Shown here piece by piece: positions 49,884-60,179 of a stretch of 64,000 bases of DNA (positions are counted from its first letter, which is position 1; each line of letters begins with the position of its first letter). The stretch comes from Terriglobia bacterium. GTDB taxonomy: Bacteria > Acidobacteriota > Terriglobia > JAIQFV01. A program made the translations under genes and the position numbers. Under the pieces are notes generated by a model, which was given only the letters and a program-made list of their open reading frames with translations, did not search any database and was not told where the DNA came from. Where the stretch lies: the NCBI GenBank assembly GCA_020072965.1, contig JAIQFY010000017.1, positions 17,604-81,603 of the forward strand, read 5' to 3'.

Positions 49884-52313
49884 ATGATGGACCATCTACT
49901 GCAAGATCTCCGGCACGGCCTGCGATTGCTCGCCAAATCGCCCGGGTTCACCGTGGTCGCCGTGCTGACACTCGCGCTGGGTATCGGCGCGAACACGGCC
50001 ATTTTCAGCCTTGTCAATGCAGTCCTCCTGAACCCCCTTGCATTCCCCCGGGAAAGTCAACTGGTGGTCCTCACCGGCCAGACCCACCAGGAGAAGCGGA
50101 CCGGAATCTCCTACCCGGAATTCGAGGATTGGCGGAGACAGAGCCGGTCCTTCTCGGCCCTTTCCACGTGGATGACACAGAGTGTGAATCTGACGGGCGT
50201 CGATGAGCCCCAGCGCGTGCGCGGCGGATTTGTCTCCGCCAATTTTTTTGATCTGCTTGGCATCAGGCCGGCGCAAGGTCGCGCTTTCCTCAAGGGAGAG
50301 GATCAGCCGGGGAGGGATCGAGTGGCGGTCGTGAATTACAGCCTGTGGCAAACGCGTTTCGGGGCCGATCCCGGGTTAGTCGGAAAACAACTCATTCTCA
50401 ACGGTGCGGTGTTCACGGTGATTGGCATCCTCCCGCAGACATTCGAGTTCCCACTGGACAAGGATCGGGATGAAATCTGGATGCCCGTATCCAGCTATCC
50501 CAATTTTTCTCGAGAGCGCAGTACCTACAACCTCGTGGGGATCGGCCGCCTAGGGCCGGACGCCACCCTCAGCCAGGCACAAGTGGAGATGAATACCATC
50601 TCGCAACGACTCGCCGAGGAGTACCCAGACACCGACGGGCAGCGCCATGTAGTGGTCGCCCTCCTGCACGAAGTGGCCGTCGAAGAGGTGCGGACTTCCC
50701 TCCTGGTTCTGTTCGCAGCCGTGGGGTTCGTCCTGCTGATCGCGTGTGCCAACGTGTCGAATCTGATGCTTGCCCGTGCGGCCGGGAGACGAAAAGAAAT
50801 GGCATTGCGTTCCGCTCTGGGGGCAAGCCGGGGGAGGTTGATCCTCCAGATGCTCACGGAGAGCGTCCTGTTGTGGCTGGTGGGAGGGGCACTCGGTCTT
50901 CTAGCTGGCAATTGGGGCCTGCACGCTATTCAGATGACTGCCCCCTTGGATTTTCCCCCGGGCATTGTTCCTCACCTGGACGGTCTGGTCTTCGGTTTTA
51001 CCTGGTTGGTGGCAGTCCTCACGGGGATCCTCTCAGGGCTTGTGCCGGCTTTTCAATTCTCCCGTCCGGACTTGAACCACACGCTCAAAGAAGGCGGGAG
51101 AGTCTCAGATGAAGGATCGAGCCGGAAATGGTCGCAGAAATTGCTCCTGGTATCCCAAGTGGCGCTTTCGTTAGTGCTTCTGGTTGGCGCTGGACTGATG
51201 TTGAAGACAGTGATCCGGCTCTCAAGGACCGATCCGGGGTTCCACCCGGAAAATCTTCTGACTCTGGAGTATCGCCTGCCTGAAACCAAGTATCCCAAGG
51301 CGGCGGAACAATGGAATTTCCACCGCGAGGTGGTGGAGCGCGTGAGCGCTCTGCGGGGCGTGCAATCGGCGGCCGTCTCCCTGGGAATTCCCTTTAGCGG
51401 GAACTTTGGCTCGAATCCGGTCGTATTGCTGGATCGACCGGAGCCTCCTCCTGGAGAGGAGCCAATCGCCGAAACTAATCTGGCCGACACACATTACTTT
51501 GAAACCATGGGAATTCCACTCATCAAAGGTCGCTGGTTCTTTGAGCATGACGAAGCAGGAGCCCCCCACGTCGCGGTTATCAACCAGAACATGGCAAGAC
51601 GTTATTGGCCAGGACGGGACCCTGTCGGTCAGCAAATCCAGCTGCGCGATGAACTCTCCCTCTTTAGTAAGGAACCAGCTACCATCATCGGCATAGTCGA
51701 TAACGTCAAACAACAGAACCTGGAAGACCCTGCGAGCGCCCAGATCTATTTTGCCTTCAAGCAGAACCCAAACATATTCGCCACTCTGACGGTCCGGACC
51801 CAAGCCGATCCCATGCTGTTTGCCAACACAGTTCGCCGGGCAGTCTGGTCAGTGGACAAGGACCAGCCCATGTGGAAAGTGCGGTCGCTCGAATCGATGC
51901 TCGACCATTCCCTGGGTGCGCGACGGTATCTGATGTTTTTGCTCAGTATCTACGCAGCCCTGGCACTGGGCCTGGCGACGCTGGGAATCTACGGAGTCCT
52001 TTCTTACGCGGTGAACCAGCGTTTCCAGGAAATCGGCGTGCGGATGGCGTTGGGCGCCCAAACCGGAGACGTCCTTCGCCTGGTGATCCGGGATGGGATG
52101 CAACTGGTTCTTGCCGGGTTGGGGATCGGACTCCTCGGCGCACTTAGCTTGACACGATTGATGGCGGGATTGTTGTTCGAGGTGACCCCCACCGACCTGT
52201 CAACAATCGCAGCCGTGTCAGCACTTCTGGCGGGAGTTGCCTTCCTGGGATGTTATTTGCCGGCGCGCCGGGCAACGCGCGTCGATCCGATGGCGGTGCT
52301 AAGGTGCGAATAG
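49884..52313 (+). CDS. ADOP-type ABC permease, array copy 5
   Basis: MDHLLQDLRHGLRLL.KSPGF, RRATRVDPMAVLRCE. Confidence 0.92.
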   Translation: MMDHLLQDLRHGLRLLAKSPGFTVVAVLTLALGIGANTAIFSLVNAVLLNPLAFPRESQLVVLTGQTHQEKRTGISYPEFEDWRRQSRSFSALSTWMTQSVNLTGVDEPQRVRGGFVSANFFDLLGIRPAQGRAFLKGEDQPGRDRVAVVNYSLWQTRFGADPGLVGKQLILNGAVFTVIGILPQTFEFPLDKDRDEIWMPVSSYPNFSRERSTYNLVGIGRLGPDATLSQAQVEMNTISQRLAEEYPDTDGQRHVVVALLHEVAVEEVRTSLLVLFAAVGFVLLIACANVSNLMLARAAGRRKEMALRSALGASRGRLILQMLTESVLLWLVGGALGLLAGNWGLHAIQMTAPLDFPPGIVPHLDGLVFGFTWLVAVLTGILSGLVPAFQFSRPDLNHTLKEGGRVSDEGSSRKWSQKLLLVSQVALSLVLLVGAGLMLKTVIRLSRTDPGFHPENLLTLEYRLPETKYPKAAEQWNFHREVVERVSALRGVQSAAVSLGIPFSGNFGSNPVVLLDRPEPPPGEEPIAETNLADTHYFETMGIPLIKGRWFFEHDEAGAPHVAVINQNMARRYWPGRDPVGQQIQLRDELSLFSKEPATIIGIVDNVKQQNLEDPASAQIYFAFKQNPNIFATLTVRTQADPMLFANTVRRAVWSVDKDQPMWKVRSLESMLDHSLGARRYLMFLLSIYAALALGLATLGIYGVLSYAVNQRFQEIGVRMALGAQTGDVLRLVIRDGMQLVLAGLGIGLLGALSLTRLMAGLLFEVTPTDLSTIAAVSALLAGVAFLGCYLPARRATRVDPMAVLRCE

Positions 52314-52485
52314 GTAATAGGTAGTAGGTGATAGAAAATAGGTAATAGGTAATAGGTTCTAGGTTATTGGGAATTGGAGATAGCTGAAGGCCTTGGGTAT
52401 CCCGGAAGACCTGTCTGGGCTGGAAATACAAATGCGGCATGCAAATGGGTTTTTCTAACTCCTATCACCTGACACCTGGCACCTC
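52311..52485. repeat. GGTRATA heptamer inverted-repeat element
   Basis: Left arm taggtaataggtagtaggtgatag begins in the stop codon. Right arm cctatcacctgacacctggcacct lies before the next RBS. Confidence 0.8.
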
Positions 52486-52501
52486 TTTGAAAAAAGGAAA
52501 A

Positions 52502-54121
52502 ATGAACATCTCGACGACAATGATTCCCAACCTCACCAAACCTAAAGCCTTGATTGCCGATGACCAGACCGATGTTCTGGAAGCGTTGCGGCTGTTATTA
52601 AAGGGAGAAGGGTTTCACACTGAAACTGTCACCTCTCCCGCGGCGGTCATGACGGCTCTTAGAGACCAGAATTTTGACATCCTTCTGATGGACCTCAATT
52701 ATGCCCGGGACACGACCTCCGGACAGGAGGGATTGAACCTCCTCTCTCAAATCCGCGAACTGGATGCCACCCTTCCGGTCGTGGTAATGACCGCCTGGGG
52801 AACCATCGAGTTGGCGGTTGAAGCCATGCATCAGGGGGTTCAGGATTTTGTCCAGAAGCCCTGGGAAAACGAGCGCTTGATGAGCATCCTCCGCACCCAG
52901 GTTGATCTCGGACGGTCACGGCGCAAGTTAGTTCACCTGAAGACTGCAACCAAGAGCCTAAGCGAAAAAATCCGGGAAGTGTCCGAGCTCAAACCGTTAA
53001 TGGAGATTGTCTCGGCCCACTTGCAAAGTGCTTTGGAGTGCGAATCCGTGGTGGTGTTCACACGGGCACCCCATGAACCCGCCTTCACAGTGGCCTCCTC
53101 GGTCGGCTTTCCCGAGGACGATGTCGGCCGCTTGAAATTTGAACTCAGTAGCCCCATCTTTGAACTCCTGGAAAATCTGGTCCATGTTGAAGGACGGGAC
53201 TTCCCTTCCCACGAGAAATCCAAGTTGGAAGAGATCAAGGCTGCCCTGCTTGTCCCGGTCCTCATGGAAGGGGCCCTGGTGGGTTTCCTTGCCGTGGGGT
53301 GTAAGAGAACGGGCCAGAAATATGATGAGCAGGACAGTAAATTTTTATCCACCATCGCAGGGCAGATCGCCGCCGCCGTCAATCATTTGCGCTGGCAGGA
53401 GCAGGAGAGGGAGTTCAAGGAAGCCCGGGAGATCCAGCAAGGTTTGTTGCCCAAGGAGATTCCACAGATCGCCGGATTTGAAATATCCGGGGCGTGGCAA
53501 CCCGCGCGCGCTGTGGGTGGGGATTATTTTGATGTTCTCAAACTTAGCGAGACGCAAATCGCGCTGTGCATCGCGGACGTGGTGGGCAAGGGCATGCCTG
53601 CGGCCCTACTGATGTCTAATGTCCAGGCCGCAGTCAAAGCCTTCGCGTCAGATTTGGTTTCACCCAAGGAATTGTGCGCCAAGGTGAATCGCGTGATCAG
53701 CGGCAACATTGCCCCCGAGAGGTTTATCACCTCCTTTTACTGCGTCCTTTATGCCCGCTCAAAGAAACTTGTTTATACCAACGCCGGACACAACGCCCCG
53801 ATACTGCTGCACCGGGACGGGACTCTTCTTCGCCTGACAAAAGGAGGCGCGGTGCTGGGCGTGTTTCGCGACGGCCACTACCAGGAGGGCGAGGTCGAGT
53901 TGACCCCCGGCGATCGCCTCCTGCTCTTCACGGATGGGGTGACCGAATTGACCAACCCGGACGGTGACGAATTCGGGGAGAACCGCCTCATTGAACTGTT
54001 GCGTGGAAACCATCATCTGGGTGCAAGTGAACTGCAGCAGAAGGTGATGAATGCCATCGTGGAATTCAGCGGGGGAGAATTTCAGGACGATGCCACCATG
54101 CTCGTGCTGGCGGTAGGATGA
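52502..54121 (+). CDS. Response regulator REC-GAF-PP2C (SpoIIE/RsbU-like) phosphatase
   Basis: REC: IADDQ, LMDLNYARDTTSGQEG, MTAW, QKP. Central GAF-like segment. PP2C: VGGDYFD, IADVVGKG, TDGVTE, QDDAT. Start 52502 after aaggaa. Confidence 0.88.
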   Translation: MNISTTMIPNLTKPKALIADDQTDVLEALRLLLKGEGFHTETVTSPAAVMTALRDQNFDILLMDLNYARDTTSGQEGLNLLSQIRELDATLPVVVMTAWGTIELAVEAMHQGVQDFVQKPWENERLMSILRTQVDLGRSRRKLVHLKTATKSLSEKIREVSELKPLMEIVSAHLQSALECESVVVFTRAPHEPAFTVASSVGFPEDDVGRLKFELSSPIFELLENLVHVEGRDFPSHEKSKLEEIKAALLVPVLMEGALVGFLAVGCKRTGQKYDEQDSKFLSTIAGQIAAAVNHLRWQEQEREFKEAREIQQGLLPKEIPQIAGFEISGAWQPARAVGGDYFDVLKLSETQIALCIADVVGKGMPAALLMSNVQAAVKAFASDLVSPKELCAKVNRVISGNIAPERFITSFYCVLYARSKKLVYTNAGHNAPILLHRDGTLLRLTKGGAVLGVFRDGHYQEGEVELTPGDRLLLFTDGVTELTNPDGDEFGENRLIELLRGNHHLGASELQQKVMNAIVEFSGGEFQDDATMLVLAVG

Positions 54122-54126
54122 AAAGA

Positions 54127-54316
54127 AGTTATCAGTGGTCAGTGGTCAGTGGTCAGCAACTGGCAGTAACCGATCAGCTATCGGCTGTTAGGCATGAATA
54201 GAACATATCAAAAGACTTAAGCACTTCGTTGATTCTGATCATCTCAATCCGATTCCATCTGATAGTCGAATGCTGACAGCTGCTTACTCGCAACCGACCA
54301 CTGGCCACTGACAACT
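54127..54316. repeat. CAGTGGT/CAGTTST element with the conserved core in reverse orientation
   Basis: The reverse complement of about 54195-54256 is ggaatcggattgagatgatcagaatcaacgaagtgcttaagtcttttgatatgttctattc, which aligns with the 60180 core. Confidence 0.8.
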
Positions 54317-54330
54317 TTTTGGAGACAATG

Positions 54331-56835
54331 ATGGAATCGTTATTCCAGGATCTTCGCTACGCCCTCCGGATGCTGTTCAAGAACCCCGGCTTCACTGCGG
54401 TGGCCGTATTGACCCTGTCGCTCGGGATCGGCGCCAATACGGCGATCTTTTCTCTCACCGATCAGGTTCTTTTCCGGCTTCTCCCGGTCGTGCGTCCGGG
54501 GGAACTCGTGATCCTGCGCTCGCCCGGGCCGAATCCGGGGCACACCTGGAGCGATAGCGATGATACGGCCTCCTTCTCTTACCCGTTATACAAGGACCTG
54601 CGAGAACGCAATACGGTGCTTGCCGGTGTTCTGGCCCGCTTCCCGACTTCGTTGAACGTGGCGGGAGATGGACAAACGGAACGTGCAAGCGGCGAGCTGG
54701 TGTCCGGAAATTACTTCGAATTGCTAGGAGTGCGCCCGGCTCTGGGCCGCGTCCTGACTCCGGCGGACGAGAGCGCGCCCGGGGCAAATCCGGTGGCAGT
54801 GTTGAGTTATGGTTACTGGACACGCCGGTTTGGCGGGGATCCCGGCATTCTGAACAAAGTCCTGAATGTCAATGGAACGCCGCTCACCGTGGTCGGTGTG
54901 TCTCGCCCCGGTTTTGCTGGAATTCAGATCGGTCAGTTGCCGGATATCTTTGTTCCCATCACGATGAAACCGATGATGACGCCCAATTGGGACGGGCTGA
55001 ATGATCTCAAGGATCATTGGGTCGCGATCCTCGGTCGACTGAGGCCGGGTATGACGCGACCTCAAGCGGAAGCGGGTTTGTTGCCGGTTTATCGATCCAT
55101 TCTTGAATCCGAGTTGCCCCTGATGGGCCTGTCTGCGACAACGAAAAGTCGGTTTCTCCAAAAGCAAATCCTACTGGGCGAGGGATCCCACGGCAGACCC
55201 GTTCTACAGAATGACGCTCAGCGGCCCTTGCTGGTCCTGATGGCGATGGTGGGACTGGTGCTGCTGATCGCTTGCGCCAACCTCGCAAACCTCCAGTTGG
55301 CGCACGGGCTGGCGAGGCAGCGCGAGGTCGCCGTGCGGGCCGCACTGGGCGCTGGACGCCTCCGCATGGTCCGTCAGCTGTTGACAGAGAGTGTGCTGCT
55401 GGCGCTTGCCGGAGGCGCCACCGGTCTGCTGGTTGCTTCGTGGATGCTCGAAACCTTCATTGGAGCGATTCCCCAGGGACTGGGAGCGGTGGGGCTTGAG
55501 GCCCGACTGGATCCTCGGGTAATAGGATTCACCCTGGGCCTTTCGGTTGGGACAGCTATCCTGTTCGGTTTAATCCCCGCCCTGCGGGCGACACGAATCG
55601 ATTTGCAAAGCACGCTCCAGGGACAAGGGGCCGCTGTCTCGAACAGCTTGTCCCACGTGCGCTTGCGGAAAGGATTGATCGTTTCACAGGTGGCGCTCAC
55701 GGCGGTGCTGCTCATCGTGGCCGGATTATTTGCCCGGAGTCTTGACAACTTGAAACGATTATCCCTGGGTGTGCGCATCGATCACGTGATCCAGTTTTCC
55801 ATCGCGCCCGAATTGAATCGCTATACCCCACCGCAGACCCTGTCTCTGTTTGACCGCATGAGAGCAGGCATCGGCGCTTTGCCCGGCGTGCGTTCGGTCA
55901 GCACTGCGGAGGTTCCCGTGTTCGATAACAGCGATATGGGGTCCAATATCACGGTGCAAGGATATGCGCCCCATGAAGAGGAAGACATGCATGTGTTCAA
56001 GAACTGGGTGGGACCCGATTATTTCTCGACCATGGGCACCCCCTTGATTGCGGGCCGTGAGTTCAATGAAGGCGACAGGGCGGAAGCCCCGAAGGTTGCT
56101 ATCATAAATGAGACGATGGCTCGTCGTTTTTTTGCGGGCCGCAACCCCATCGGCGGCCGATTCGCTTTCGGGGCCGGCCACAACACACTTCCGGACATCG
56201 AAATTGTCGGTCTGGTGAAAGACAGCAAACACACCAGCCTGCGGAGCGAAATCCATCCGTTCGTGTGCCTTCCTTATGAGCAGGACACAAAGCTGGGAGG
56301 GATCACGTTTTATGTGCGGACGGCGATGGAGCCGGCTGCAATGCTCGAAACACTGCGCCACACCGTCGAACGCTTCGACCCGAATCTGCCGCTGTATGAT
56401 CTCAAGACCCTTCAAAATAAGGTGGACGAGTCGCTCTTCAGCGACCGGCTGTTGACGTTTCTTTCTTTGTGCTTTGGGGTACTGGCTGCTCTACTGGCGG
56501 CCGTGGGGCTGTACGGGGTGATGACCTACACGGTAACACGCCGTACGCGCGAGATCGGCATGCGCGTCGCACTCGGCGCCACCCGCGAAAATGTGGCCTG
56601 GTTGATTTTGCGGGAAGTCGCACGCATGACGGGCGTGGGACTCACGATCGGCCTGGCAGCAGCGTTCGCCCTCGGCCGGTTGATTGAGTCGCAGTTGTTT
56701 GGCATCCGGGCCAGCGACCCTTTGGTCTTCGTCCTGGCGGCAGTGCTGCTTGCGGCGGTGGCTCTTTTGGCCGGCTATCTGCCGGCACATCGGGCAACGC
56801 GGGTGGATCCCATGGTGGCATTGAGATGCGAGTAA
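54331..56835 (+). CDS. ADOP-type ABC permease, array copy 6
   Basis: MESLFQDLRYALRML.KNPGF, PAHRATRVDPMVALRCE. Confidence 0.92.
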   Translation: MESLFQDLRYALRMLFKNPGFTAVAVLTLSLGIGANTAIFSLTDQVLFRLLPVVRPGELVILRSPGPNPGHTWSDSDDTASFSYPLYKDLRERNTVLAGVLARFPTSLNVAGDGQTERASGELVSGNYFELLGVRPALGRVLTPADESAPGANPVAVLSYGYWTRRFGGDPGILNKVLNVNGTPLTVVGVSRPGFAGIQIGQLPDIFVPITMKPMMTPNWDGLNDLKDHWVAILGRLRPGMTRPQAEAGLLPVYRSILESELPLMGLSATTKSRFLQKQILLGEGSHGRPVLQNDAQRPLLVLMAMVGLVLLIACANLANLQLAHGLARQREVAVRAALGAGRLRMVRQLLTESVLLALAGGATGLLVASWMLETFIGAIPQGLGAVGLEARLDPRVIGFTLGLSVGTAILFGLIPALRATRIDLQSTLQGQGAAVSNSLSHVRLRKGLIVSQVALTAVLLIVAGLFARSLDNLKRLSLGVRIDHVIQFSIAPELNRYTPPQTLSLFDRMRAGIGALPGVRSVSTAEVPVFDNSDMGSNITVQGYAPHEEEDMHVFKNWVGPDYFSTMGTPLIAGREFNEGDRAEAPKVAIINETMARRFFAGRNPIGGRFAFGAGHNTLPDIEIVGLVKDSKHTSLRSEIHPFVCLPYEQDTKLGGITFYVRTAMEPAAMLETLRHTVERFDPNLPLYDLKTLQNKVDESLFSDRLLTFLSLCFGVLAALLAAVGLYGVMTYTVTRRTREIGMRVALGATRENVAWLILREVARMTGVGLTIGLAAAFALGRLIESQLFGIRASDPLVFVLAAVLLAAVALLAGYLPAHRATRVDPMVALRCE

Positions 56836-56837
56836 AC

Positions 56838-57049
56838 CAGTTGTCAGTTGCCAGTTCTCAGTTCTCAGTTGAAAGTCGCAAAATGCTAGTGTTCAGCTAT
56901 CAGCGATCAGCCTTCAGCTTTGGAAAGGGCGCATGATGAGTCATGACTACGCTCTGACTCTTGTTTGATTACGGAGACGGCCAAGAGAATCTGACTGTGT
57001 GTCGGTACTTCACTGAGAACTGGCAACTGACAACTGCTTCTGACAACTC
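56838..57049. repeat. CAGTTST element, second core subfamily
   Basis: tagtgttcagctatcagcg...ctgactctt...gattac...caagagaatc is shared with 59560-59750. Confidence 0.8.
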
Positions 57050-57062
57050 TTCGGAGGTTACG

Positions 57063-59498
57063 ATGGAAACCTTGTTCCAGGATCTTCGCTACGGCTTCCG
57101 GATGCTGCTGAAGAATCCCGGGTTCACCGCTGTGGGCATTTTGACCCTGGCGCTCGGAATTGGCGCCAACACGGCAATCTTCAGTGTCGCGGATGCATTC
57201 CTGCTGAAGCCGCTTTCGATCCCCAACGAGAATCGCATGGTGGTCGCCCTCGAAGTGGGGCCCAATCAGAGGGGCGATGACACCTCAAGTGTCTCTCCTG
57301 CCAACTTTGAAGACTGGAAGAGTCAAGCCAAGACCTACGACGCCATGGCTGCTTATGCTTGGGCGAATGTCAATCTGACGGGTCAGGGAGAGCCCGAGAA
57401 GGTCCAAGGATTCGAGGTCTCCCCTAATTTCTTCGGGGTCGTGGGAATGCAGCCAGCCCTGGGTCGAGTTTTCTTACCCGAGGAGGAAAATCCCGGGCAT
57501 GAACAGGTGGCGATTCTCAGTCATGGGCTCTGGCAGCGCCGGTACGCTTCTGACCCCAGCATCGTTGGAAAGAACGTGACGATTGACGGAAGGACTTACG
57601 CGGTCATCGGAGTCATGCCTGCAGGGTTCAACTTCCCCACCACCGTGGAGTTGTGGATGCCGCTCGCACTCGACTCGAAGGCCCGGAGCGTTCGAAATGC
57701 ACACTACCTGTTTGCGCTGGGCCTGCTCAAACCCGGAATGTCTACCTCCTCCGCACGAGCCGAGTTGAAGACGATTGCGGCGCAGTTGGCACAGGCTTAC
57801 CCGACCACAAACAAGGGTTGGTCAGTCCGTGTCATGTCCATGCGGGATTTTGTGACCGAGGACTTAACGCGGCAGTATACCCTGATGTCAGTCGTCGCCG
57901 TCGCCTTTGTGCTCCTGATCGCTTGCGCCAACGTCGCCAATCTTCAGTTCGCCCGGGCCACAAGCCGCCAGAGAGAGATGGCCGTGCGGGTGTCCCTCGG
58001 CGCAGGTCGATGGCGGATCATGCGGCAACTTTTGACAGAAAGCGTCGCGGTGTCTCTGCTGGGTGCGGCACTCAGCTTGCTCCTGGCCCAGTGGGGCATC
58101 GAACTTATCCTGGCACACATGCCTCCCGAGACCGCCAAGTTTATCGCCGCGTGGAATCACATCAGCCTTGATTACCGGGCCTTTTTGTACACTTTGACCG
58201 TGGCCCTGCTTACCGGCATCCTGTCCGGCCTTCTCCCAGCTTTTCAGAGCTCAAAGCCGGATCTCAACGAAGCCTTGAAGGAAGGCGGACGCAGTGCAAC
58301 AGCAGGCCAATCGAAACATCGTCTGCGAAGTTTCCTGGTCATGGCCGAAGTGGCGTTGGCCCTGATTCTCCTGGTGGGATCGGGGTTGATGGTGAAGAGC
58401 TTTAAAGCCCTGCTGAACATGAATCAGGGACTCGATCCGAATGGTGCCCTCACCCTGCGCATCGATCTTCCTCCGGCCAAATACAAGACCCCGCCGCAAA
58501 GGGCGGCCTTCTATGAACAGGTGCTGCAAAATCTGAAGATGATCCCCGGAGTCGAGGCTGCCGCCACCGCCACCAATATTCCCTATGGGAATTACGGGAG
58601 CAACGCGCTTATCAGCGTGGAAGGGAGGGTGTCAGTTAATGCCTCAGACCTTCAGTTGGCCACGAACCAGGTCATTGGTGCAGACTATTTTCGATTGATG
58701 CACATCCCGCTTCAAGCAGGCCGTGAGTTCACCGGCCAGGATGGGACAGATTCTCCTCCCGTCGCGCTCGTGAGCGAGTTGCTGGCACGCAGGTACTGGC
58801 CCAATCAAAACCCGATCGGGAAACGAGTGAAGTTGGGGCTCGAGAACAGCATTCACCCCTGGATGACCGTGGTGGGTGTGGTCGGCGACGTCAAGTATGA
58901 GTGGAGTGAGCGGGATCCGAGACCCACGCTCTATTATCCTTTTCAACAAGCTCCTGTACTGAACTCGTACGTGGCGATCCGCTCCCAGGGGGATCCCAGG
59001 CAATTCATTTCGGCGGTGCGGGCTGCGATTGCGCGGGTCGATTCCCAACAACCCCTCTCCGACATTAAACCGTTGGACAAGGTGATTTCAGATTCCACGG
59101 TCGGCATTGCCTATGTCGCCGTCATCATGAGCGTCCTTGCAGTCATCGCGTTAATTCTTTCAACCGTGGGGGTCTTTGGGGTGGTGTCTTATCAGGTGAC
59201 GGAGCGAATCCATGAAATTGGAATCCGCATGGCCCTCGGCGCCAACCCGCGCGATGTATTGGGGATGGTTGTTGCCCGGGGGGCCTGGTTGACATTCACG
59301 GGTTTGGGAATTGGTCTCATTTTCTCGATCGGACTCGCACGGCTGCTCGCCAGCCTGATTTTTGGAATCGAGGCGATGGATTGGCTCACTTTCGGAAGTC
59401 TTTCTTTGACGCTCGCGCTGGTGGCCATGCTGGCCAGCTATCTGCCTGCACGACGCGCCACCCGGGTGGACCCGGTGGTCGCGCTGCGACATGAGTGA
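57063..59498 (+). CDS. ADOP-type ABC permease, array copy 7
   Basis: RBS ggagg, [36 protein letters not shown]. Confidence 0.92.
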   Translation: METLFQDLRYGFRMLLKNPGFTAVGILTLALGIGANTAIFSVADAFLLKPLSIPNENRMVVALEVGPNQRGDDTSSVSPANFEDWKSQAKTYDAMAAYAWANVNLTGQGEPEKVQGFEVSPNFFGVVGMQPALGRVFLPEEENPGHEQVAILSHGLWQRRYASDPSIVGKNVTIDGRTYAVIGVMPAGFNFPTTVELWMPLALDSKARSVRNAHYLFALGLLKPGMSTSSARAELKTIAAQLAQAYPTTNKGWSVRVMSMRDFVTEDLTRQYTLMSVVAVAFVLLIACANVANLQFARATSRQREMAVRVSLGAGRWRIMRQLLTESVAVSLLGAALSLLLAQWGIELILAHMPPETAKFIAAWNHISLDYRAFLYTLTVALLTGILSGLLPAFQSSKPDLNEALKEGGRSATAGQSKHRLRSFLVMAEVALALILLVGSGLMVKSFKALLNMNQGLDPNGALTLRIDLPPAKYKTPPQRAAFYEQVLQNLKMIPGVEAAATATNIPYGNYGSNALISVEGRVSVNASDLQLATNQVIGADYFRLMHIPLQAGREFTGQDGTDSPPVALVSELLARRYWPNQNPIGKRVKLGLENSIHPWMTVVGVVGDVKYEWSERDPRPTLYYPFQQAPVLNSYVAIRSQGDPRQFISAVRAAIARVDSQQPLSDIKPLDKVISDSTVGIAYVAVIMSVLAVIALILSTVGVFGVVSYQVTERIHEIGIRMALGANPRDVLGMVVARGAWLTFTGLGIGLIFSIGLARLLASLIFGIEAMDWLTFGSLSLTLALVAMLASYLPARRATRVDPVVALRHE

Positions 59499-59500
59499 AG

Positions 59501-59750
59501 AGTTCTCAGTTGTCAGTTCTCAGTTGTCAGTTGACTGAAAGCAGTTTCCAGTTGCCATTTCTCAGTTGACAGCCGGGAGGTGTTAGTGTTGAGCTATCAG
59601 CGTTCAGCGATGAGAACCACGCAAGGTGAGTTAGAGCTTGCTTCTGACTCTTCCGAATCGATTACCACCGTCGTCAAGGGAATCAGCCAGGAGTGGGGGC
59701 TCTTCACTGGCAACTGAGAACTGACAACTGAGAACTGATTTCCGGCAACT
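59501..59750. repeat. CAGTTST element, second core subfamily
   Basis: Left arm gttctcagttgtcagttctcagttgtcagttg, right arm actggcaactgagaactgacaactgagaactg. Confidence 0.85.
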
Positions 59751-59774
59751 GTCTTTCAGATCGGAGATTCCTCC

Positions 59775-60179
59775 ATGCGAACCTCTCGCGAGATCGGATA
59801 TGCATTGCTGCGGGTGACCCTGGGTGTCTTGTTTGCGACTTATGGAATCGGAAAATTCCGGATGGGGATCGGCAACTTCGCCGGCGTGATAGAAAAAGAG
59901 TTCACCGGCAAACTCCCGATGGTCCTGGTCTCCCCGTTTGGTTACATTCTCCCTTTCGCTGAACTGCTGGTCGGTGTCCTGCTGACCCTCGGGCTCTTCA
60001 CTTCCCTCGCACTCATCCTGGCCGGGCTGCTGATGATTGCGCTAACGTTTGGGATGGCGCTCACGGGGCAGGCTCCCGTTGTCGCGCAAAACCTCACCTA
60101 CGTCCTCGTCATTTTTATTCTTTTCTGGGCCTTGGAAAGTAATGGATATTCCCTGGATCGACTGCGGCAGGGTAGGTAA
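59775..60179 (+). CDS. DoxX family membrane protein
   Basis: LLRVTLGVLF..YG.GKF, LPFAELLVG.LL.LGLFT. Four TM segments. Confidence 0.8.
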   Translation: MRTSREIGYALLRVTLGVLFATYGIGKFRMGIGNFAGVIEKEFTGKLPMVLVSPFGYILPFAELLVGVLLTLGLFTSLALILAGLLMIALTFGMALTGQAPVVAQNLTYVLVIFILFWALESNGYSLDRLRQGR

